Shown: piece after piece, positions 59,313-64,000 of the stretch
How positions within the stretch are numbered: position 1 is the first letter of the stretch
Layout of the letters: every line of letters begins with the position of its first letter
Source of the DNA: Lentisphaeria bacterium
GTDB lineage: Bacteria > Verrucomicrobiota > Lentisphaeria > JABSQK01 > JAWLHB01
Length of the DNA stretch: 64,000 bases
Direction of reading: 5' to 3'
NCBI GenBank assembly: GCA_041690595.1
Contig: JAWLHB010000008.1
Coordinates: 1-64,000 of the forward strand
Notes under the pieces: model-generated
Databases searched by the model: none
What the model saw: only the letters and a program-made list of their open reading frames with translations
Told to the model about the DNA's origin: nothing
Translations under genes and position numbers: made by a program

Positions 59313-60548
59313 ATGAGCAGTGCCCTTCAGTGCGATTTGCGCAGATGGCTGGCGGACCAACAGCCATGGGCGGAAAAGCGACTCGTAGACTACTGCTCCA
59401 TCAGCAGTTGCACCCACGAGCCCGACGGCATCGCCGCCATGCAGGATCTGGTAACCGAAGATCTGACCGCCCTGCCTGCCCGCGTCGATCGTCGTCCCGT
59501 GGCGCCCCTCACCTGGCACGACGACACCGGCGCCTCCAGATCGCAGCCCCTCGGAGCACTCCTCACGGCCCGCCTTGAAGGTGCCGCCCCACTCCGCGCG
59601 CTCCTTCTCATCCATCTCGACACCGTCTATCCCCAGGCCACCCACTGGAAAGCGCGACGCGATGGCCAGCGTCTCCATGCACCTGGCGCGGCGGATGCCA
59701 AGGGCGGCCTCCTCGTCATGCTCCTCGCCGTCAAGGCATTGAGGGAAACCGCCCCCGCACTCTGCCCCTCCCTTACCCTGGCCATCAATGCCGACGAGGA
59801 GATCGGCTCCCCCGGCTCCGCCCCCATGCTCGATCAACTCGCCCGCGAACACGACGTAGGCCTTGTCTTCGAGCCATGCCTGGAAGACGGCTCCATGGTC
59901 GCGGCGCGAGGCGGTTCCGCCAACTTCACCCTCCTCGTCCGCGGCCGCGGCGCCCATGTCGGCCGCGATTTCGCCCGCGGTCGCAACGCCATCGTCCACC
60001 TGGCACGGTGGATCGATCAGCTCGATCGCCTCAATCTCACCCACCCCGGCCTCCATCTCAACATCGGCAGGATCTCCGGCGGCGATGCCGCCAATTGCGT
60101 TCCGGACCTCGCCATCGCTCGCGGAAACCTCCGTTTTCATGAGGCCGAGGCGTGGCCATGGCTGCGGAACCAACTCACCCGCATGGCAGCGGAAATTGGC
60201 GACGAAGAGGGCTTCCGCGCCAGCTGGGATGGCTATCAGGCCAATCCCCCGAAAACTCTCGGCACCGCCACCCGTTCCCTGATGAACGCCTGCGAAGCGG
60301 CGGCCCACGATCTCGGCCTGCCGATCCATTGGCGCGATACCGCCGGCACCTGCGACGGCAACAAGCTCGCGGCAGCCGGCCTGCCGGTCATCGACACCCT
60401 CGGCGTGCGGGGCGCCAATCTGCACCATCGAGACGAGTTCTGCCTGCTGCCCAGCCTTGGCGAGCGGGCAGCCCTCACTGCCCTCCTCCTGCTCCGTCTT
60501 GCCACTGGCGAAAGTCAACTGGTGGAGGATCCCCATGAACCAGCATGA
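59313..60548 (+). CDS. M20 family metallo-hydrolase (putative desuccinylase/deacylase)
   Basis: HLDTVY, PGAADAKGG, DEEIGS, FEP, G.GAH.G, CDGN, DTLGVRG..LH..DEF. Confidence 0.85.
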   Translation: MSSALQCDLRRWLADQQPWAEKRLVDYCSISSCTHEPDGIAAMQDLVTEDLTALPARVDRRPVAPLTWHDDTGASRSQPLGALLTARLEGAAPLRALLLIHLDTVYPQATHWKARRDGQRLHAPGAADAKGGLLVMLLAVKALRETAPALCPSLTLAINADEEIGSPGSAPMLDQLAREHDVGLVFEPCLEDGSMVAARGGSANFTLLVRGRGAHVGRDFARGRNAIVHLARWIDQLDRLNLTHPGLHLNIGRISGGDAANCVPDLAIARGNLRFHEAEAWPWLRNQLTRMAAEIGDEEGFRASWDGYQANPPKTLGTATRSLMNACEAAAHDLGLPIHWRDTAGTCDGNKLAAAGLPVIDTLGVRGANLHHRDEFCLLPSLGERAALTALLLLRLATGESQLVEDPHEPA

Positions 60549-61917
60549 CAATCACGATCCGGCCGACGCCCGTGCTGCTCTGGTTCACGCCTGCGCTGCG
60601 CGCCAGCTCGCGTATCGAGCCGTCAGGCCCCCAGATCCCGAGCGCCAGGAACAGGCGCGGGCCATGATCGAACGCGCCGGCGCCCTGCGGGGACGCCCCC
60701 TCTGGTATCCGTACCTGGCCACGGGCAACGGCCATGGCCCCTACGTCGAAATGGTCGACGGCAGCGTCAAACTCGACTTTGCCACCGGCATCGGGGTGAA
60801 CTTCTTCGGCCACAATCATCCCGACCTGCTGGCACATCGTCTGGAGGCCGTATGCTCGGGCACCGTGATGCGTGGCAATCTGCATCAGAGCCCCGCCGAG
60901 TGCGAGCTGATGGCCGAGCTGCTGGAGGCCGCCAATGAAGACGGCGCCGGGCTGAGCCATTGCTTCCTCACCACCTCCGGCGCCATGGCCAACGAAAATG
61001 CCCTCAAGTTGCTCTTTTACCATCGCCAACCCGCCGATCGTCTGCTGGCCTTTCAGCACGCCTTTGCCGGGCGCACCATCGCCCTCGCCCACCTCACCGA
61101 CAAGCCAGCCAACCGCATCGGCCTGCCGCCCGCGCTCGCGGTCGACTACCTGCCCTTCTGCCAGCCGGACAATCCGGCCGCAAGCACGGAACTGGCCGTC
61201 GCCGTCCTCCGTGAACACGTCGCACGCTACCCCGGACGCCATGCCGGCCTCTGCGCCGAACTCATCCAGGGAGAGGCTGGTTTCTACCCGGGCACCAGGC
61301 CATTCTTCCAAGCCCTATTCACGGAAGCGCGACGCCTGGGTGTCCCCATCCTGATCGACGAGATTCAGACCTTCGGTCGCACGGAGCGCACCTTCGCCTT
61401 CCACCATTTTCAGCTCAGCGAGTTCGCCGACATCGTCACCGTCGGCAAGATGCTCCAAACCTGCGCCACCCTCTTCCGGGCGGACTTCGCCCCCGGCACC
61501 AGACTGCTCAGCCAGACCTTTACCGCCAGCGCCGAGGCGATCGCCGCCGCCCGCTGGGTGCTCAGCCAGTTCCGCACCGGCGACTTTCGTGGCAGCGACG
61601 GCCGCAACACGCGCCTTCATGCCGCCATCCGCACCCATCTCCAAGCCATGGCCGCCCGCCATCCCCGGTCACTTTGCGGCCCCTATGGCATGGGCGCCAT
61701 GATCGCCTGCACCCTCTTCAACGGCGATGCCGAAGCCACCCATGCCTTCCTCCAGGCGCTCTTCCGCAATGGCCTCATCGCCTTCGTCGCCGGCGAACAC
61801 CCCACCCGGGTCCGCTTCCTACCCCCCTTCGGAACCCTCACACTCGCCCACATCGACGAAGCCATGAGCATCTTCGAACGAACCCTTGAACAGGAAGCCG
61901 AAAGGCAAGGAGGCTGA
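60535..61917 (+). CDS. Class III aminotransferase (putative succinylornithine transaminase)
   Basis: LDFATGIG..FGH, SGAMANENALK, ELIQGEAG, DEIQTFGRT, DIVTVGK, VRFLPP; ast operon context. Confidence 0.8.
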   Translation: MNQHDNHDPADARAALVHACAARQLAYRAVRPPDPERQEQARAMIERAGALRGRPLWYPYLATGNGHGPYVEMVDGSVKLDFATGIGVNFFGHNHPDLLAHRLEAVCSGTVMRGNLHQSPAECELMAELLEAANEDGAGLSHCFLTTSGAMANENALKLLFYHRQPADRLLAFQHAFAGRTIALAHLTDKPANRIGLPPALAVDYLPFCQPDNPAASTELAVAVLREHVARYPGRHAGLCAELIQGEAGFYPGTRPFFQALFTEARRLGVPILIDEIQTFGRTERTFAFHHFQLSEFADIVTVGKMLQTCATLFRADFAPGTRLLSQTFTASAEAIAAARWVLSQFRTGDFRGSDGRNTRLHAAIRTHLQAMAARHPRSLCGPYGMGAMIACTLFNGDAEATHAFLQALFRNGLIAFVAGEHPTRVRFLPPFGTLTLAHIDEAMSIFERTLEQEAERQGG

Positions 61918-61919
61918 GT

Positions 61920-62951
61920 ATGTACATTGTTCGCCCCGTCCGCGGCGATGATCTGGATGGCGTTGTCAACCTTGCCACCCAGGCAAGTTGTGGGCTCACC
62001 ACCCTCCCGAACGAACCCGACGTCCTCAAGCGGCGGATCGACGAAAGCATCCGCTTGGTCACCCTCCCTCCTTCCCGCCCCGGCGGCGAGTGTTTCCTCT
62101 TTGTTCTCGAGGATACCACCACCCGCACCCTTTGCGGCACCTGCGCCATCGCCACCAAGGTCGGCGGCTTCGAGCCATGGTATACCTATCGCCTGCGCAA
62201 GCGCGTCCTCAAGTCACCCAGCCTCGGCATACGCCGCACCGTGCACCTCCTCGAACTGCGCGCCGAACACGATGGCCCGACGGAAATCGGCACCCTCTTC
62301 CTTGCCCCAGATGCCCGCGGCAACGCCCTTGGCCGGCTCCTCTCTCTCAGCCGATTCCTCTTCATGGCCGAGCATCCACACTTCTTCGAACCGTTGGTCG
62401 TCGCGGAGATGCGCGGCGTCATCGACAGCGAAGGCCGGTCTCCATTCTGGAATGCGATCGGCAATCACTTCTTCGGGATCGAGCTGCGCATGGTCGACCT
62501 CATGGTCAACCACAGCAAAGCCTTCATCCAGGAACTCATGCCTCCCGAGCCGATCTACGTCGAACTGCTCCCCCCCGATGCACAGGCCGTCATCGGCAAA
62601 GTCCATCCGGAAACCGAACCGGCCCTCCATATGCTCGAACTCGAAGGCTTCCGCCGCAATCACGAAGTCGATATCTTCGAGGCCGGACCGAGCGTCAGTT
62701 GCGTGCGCAGCGCCATTCGTACCGTCCGCGAAAGCCAGGAGGCCAAGTTGGCCGTCGCGCCCGCCGGCGATGGCGAAGCGGAATGGCTGGTGGCCCGCGC
62801 CGGCGAGCCTGCCCAGTGGCGCGTCGCCCTCTCCTCGCTCGAAAACCGCGGTCCGCACCACATCGGCCTGCCTGATGCCACCTCCAAAGCCCTCGAGGCC
62901 GCCCCCGGGGATCCCATCCGCTATGCGCCACTGCGCGCCCGGAGGGAATGA
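61920..62951 (+). CDS. astA: Arginine N-succinyltransferase
   Basis: GLTTLP, FVLED, EIGTLFL, LLSLSRFLF, AEMRG, SPFW, DIFEAGP. Confidence 0.93.
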   Translation: MYIVRPVRGDDLDGVVNLATQASCGLTTLPNEPDVLKRRIDESIRLVTLPPSRPGGECFLFVLEDTTTRTLCGTCAIATKVGGFEPWYTYRLRKRVLKSPSLGIRRTVHLLELRAEHDGPTEIGTLFLAPDARGNALGRLLSLSRFLFMAEHPHFFEPLVVAEMRGVIDSEGRSPFWNAIGNHFFGIELRMVDLMVNHSKAFIQELMPPEPIYVELLPPDAQAVIGKVHPETEPALHMLELEGFRRNHEVDIFEAGPSVSCVRSAIRTVRESQEAKLAVAPAGDGEAEWLVARAGEPAQWRVALSSLENRGPHHIGLPDATSKALEAAPGDPIRYAPLRARRE

Positions 62952-64000
62952 TGAAACTCACCGGCAATATCCTCATTGATGGACGCTGGCAGCCCGGCAA
63001 CGGCGAAGCCATTGACTCAAGCAACCCCGCCGCTGGTGCGTCCGTCTGGCACGGAAGCGCCGCTGACCGAAGCGACGTCGACGCAGCACTGATCGCTGCA
63101 GCCAACGCCGCCGCCGACTGGGCTAGGCGACCCAGCGACCAGCGCATCGCCATCCTCCGCGCTTTTCAGGAGCAACTGCGCTCTGCCCAGGACTGGTTGG
63201 CCGAACTGATCAGCCGCGAGACCGGCAAGCCCTTATGGGAGAGTCACACCGAAATCGCCGGCATGATCGCCAAAGTCGACATCTCCATCCGCGCCTGGGA
63301 CGCGCGCTGCCCCCCCTATGGCGGCCGTCAGGGCGATCTCCACTGGTCCACCCATTACCGTCCGCACGGCGTGATGGCCGTCCTCGGCCCCTTCAATTTC
63401 CCCGGCCACCTGCCCAACGGCCATATCGTCCCCGCCCTCCTCGCCGGCAACGCCGTCGTTTTCAAGCCGAGCGACCGAACCCCCGCCGTCGGCGAGGCCT
63501 GCGCCCGACTCTGGGAGCAGGCAGGGCTTCCAGAAGGCGTCCTCACCCTCCTCCACGGCGGTGGCAACACCGGCCGCGCCATCGTCGAACATGCCGCCGT
63601 CAACGCCATCCTCTTCACCGGCAGTTACGCCACCGGCAAGGCCATCCATCGCCTGCTCGCCGGCAGGCCCGAAGTCCTGCTTGCGCTCGAAATGGGCGGC
63701 AACAATCCCCTCGTCATCGGGCACACCCAGGCAAGCCAGGCTGCGCTCTACATCGCCATCGCCTCAGCCTTCGCCACGACCGGTCAGCGCTGCACCTGCG
63801 CGCGCCGCCTGATTCTCATCCAGCCCGAAGTGCCCGACACCTTTCTCCCGGAACTCATCGACGCGGCTCGGCGCCTGCGCCAGGATGCCTGGAACAGCCA
63901 ACCCGACCCCTTCATGGGGCCGCTGATCGACAAAGATGCCGCCACCGCTGTCGCCAGCGCGCAGCAGCAATGGATCGACGCCGGCGCCAAGCCCCTGCTA
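62948..64000 (+). CDS. astD: Succinylglutamate semialdehyde dehydrogenase (partial, runs off window)
   Basis: Translated by eye: MMKLTGNILIDGRW.., ETGKPLWES, GPFNFPGHLPNGHIVPALLAGN, FTGS, ALEMGGNNP, GQRCTCARR; overlaps astA stop. Confidence 0.92.
   Translation, partial: MMKLTGNILIDGRWQPGNGEAIDSSNPAAGASVWHGSAADRSDVDAALIAAANAAADWARRPSDQRIAILRAFQEQLRSAQDWLAELISRETGKPLWESHTEIAGMIAKVDISIRAWDARCPPYGGRQGDLHWSTHYRPHGVMAVLGPFNFPGHLPNGHIVPALLAGNAVVFKPSDRTPAVGEACARLWEQAGLPEGVLTLLHGGGNTGRAIVEHAAVNAILFTGSYATGKAIHRLLAGRPEVLLALEMGGNNPLVIGHTQASQAALYIAIASAFATTGQRCTCARRLILIQPEVPDTFLPELIDAARRLRQDAWNSQPDPFMGPLIDKDAATAVASAQQQWIDAGAKPLL

Overview
GC-rich bacterial chromosomal window, probably PVC superphylum (Lentisphaerae-like; inferred from a prepilin-type H-X9-DG gene and an RNase HIII). 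Most of it is housekeeping or metabolic: mazG, fdhA, a MoxR-DUF58-transglutaminase operon led by a pseudokinase, an ABC-F ATPase, recC-recB-recD, uxaC-galK-ffh, rnhC-SNF2-SWIM, a GHMP-kinase/nucleotidyltransferase fusion, mprF and the start of an arginine succinyltransferase (ast) operon. Three accessory hot-spots stand out. (i) At 18.7-20.1 kb is a decayed integron: frameshifted, truncated intI, an attI-like site, one gene cassette with perfectly complementary core sites and a degenerate attC. (ii) At 35.6-38.8 kb a GntR plus prepilin-like module is bracketed by 86-bp direct repeats and carries REP-like and RHS debris. (iii) At 39.2-41.7 kb an apparently complete group II intron (RT/maturase, no endonuclease domain) sits between an orphan ORF and a tandem hairpin array; splicing at the predicted sites would join them in frame. 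XerD-arm/dif-like motifs and a G-to-C skew switch near 46-47 kb suggest a possible replication-terminus region. No rRNA, tRNA or CRISPR array was seen. All calls come from motif reading by eye; no database searches were run.
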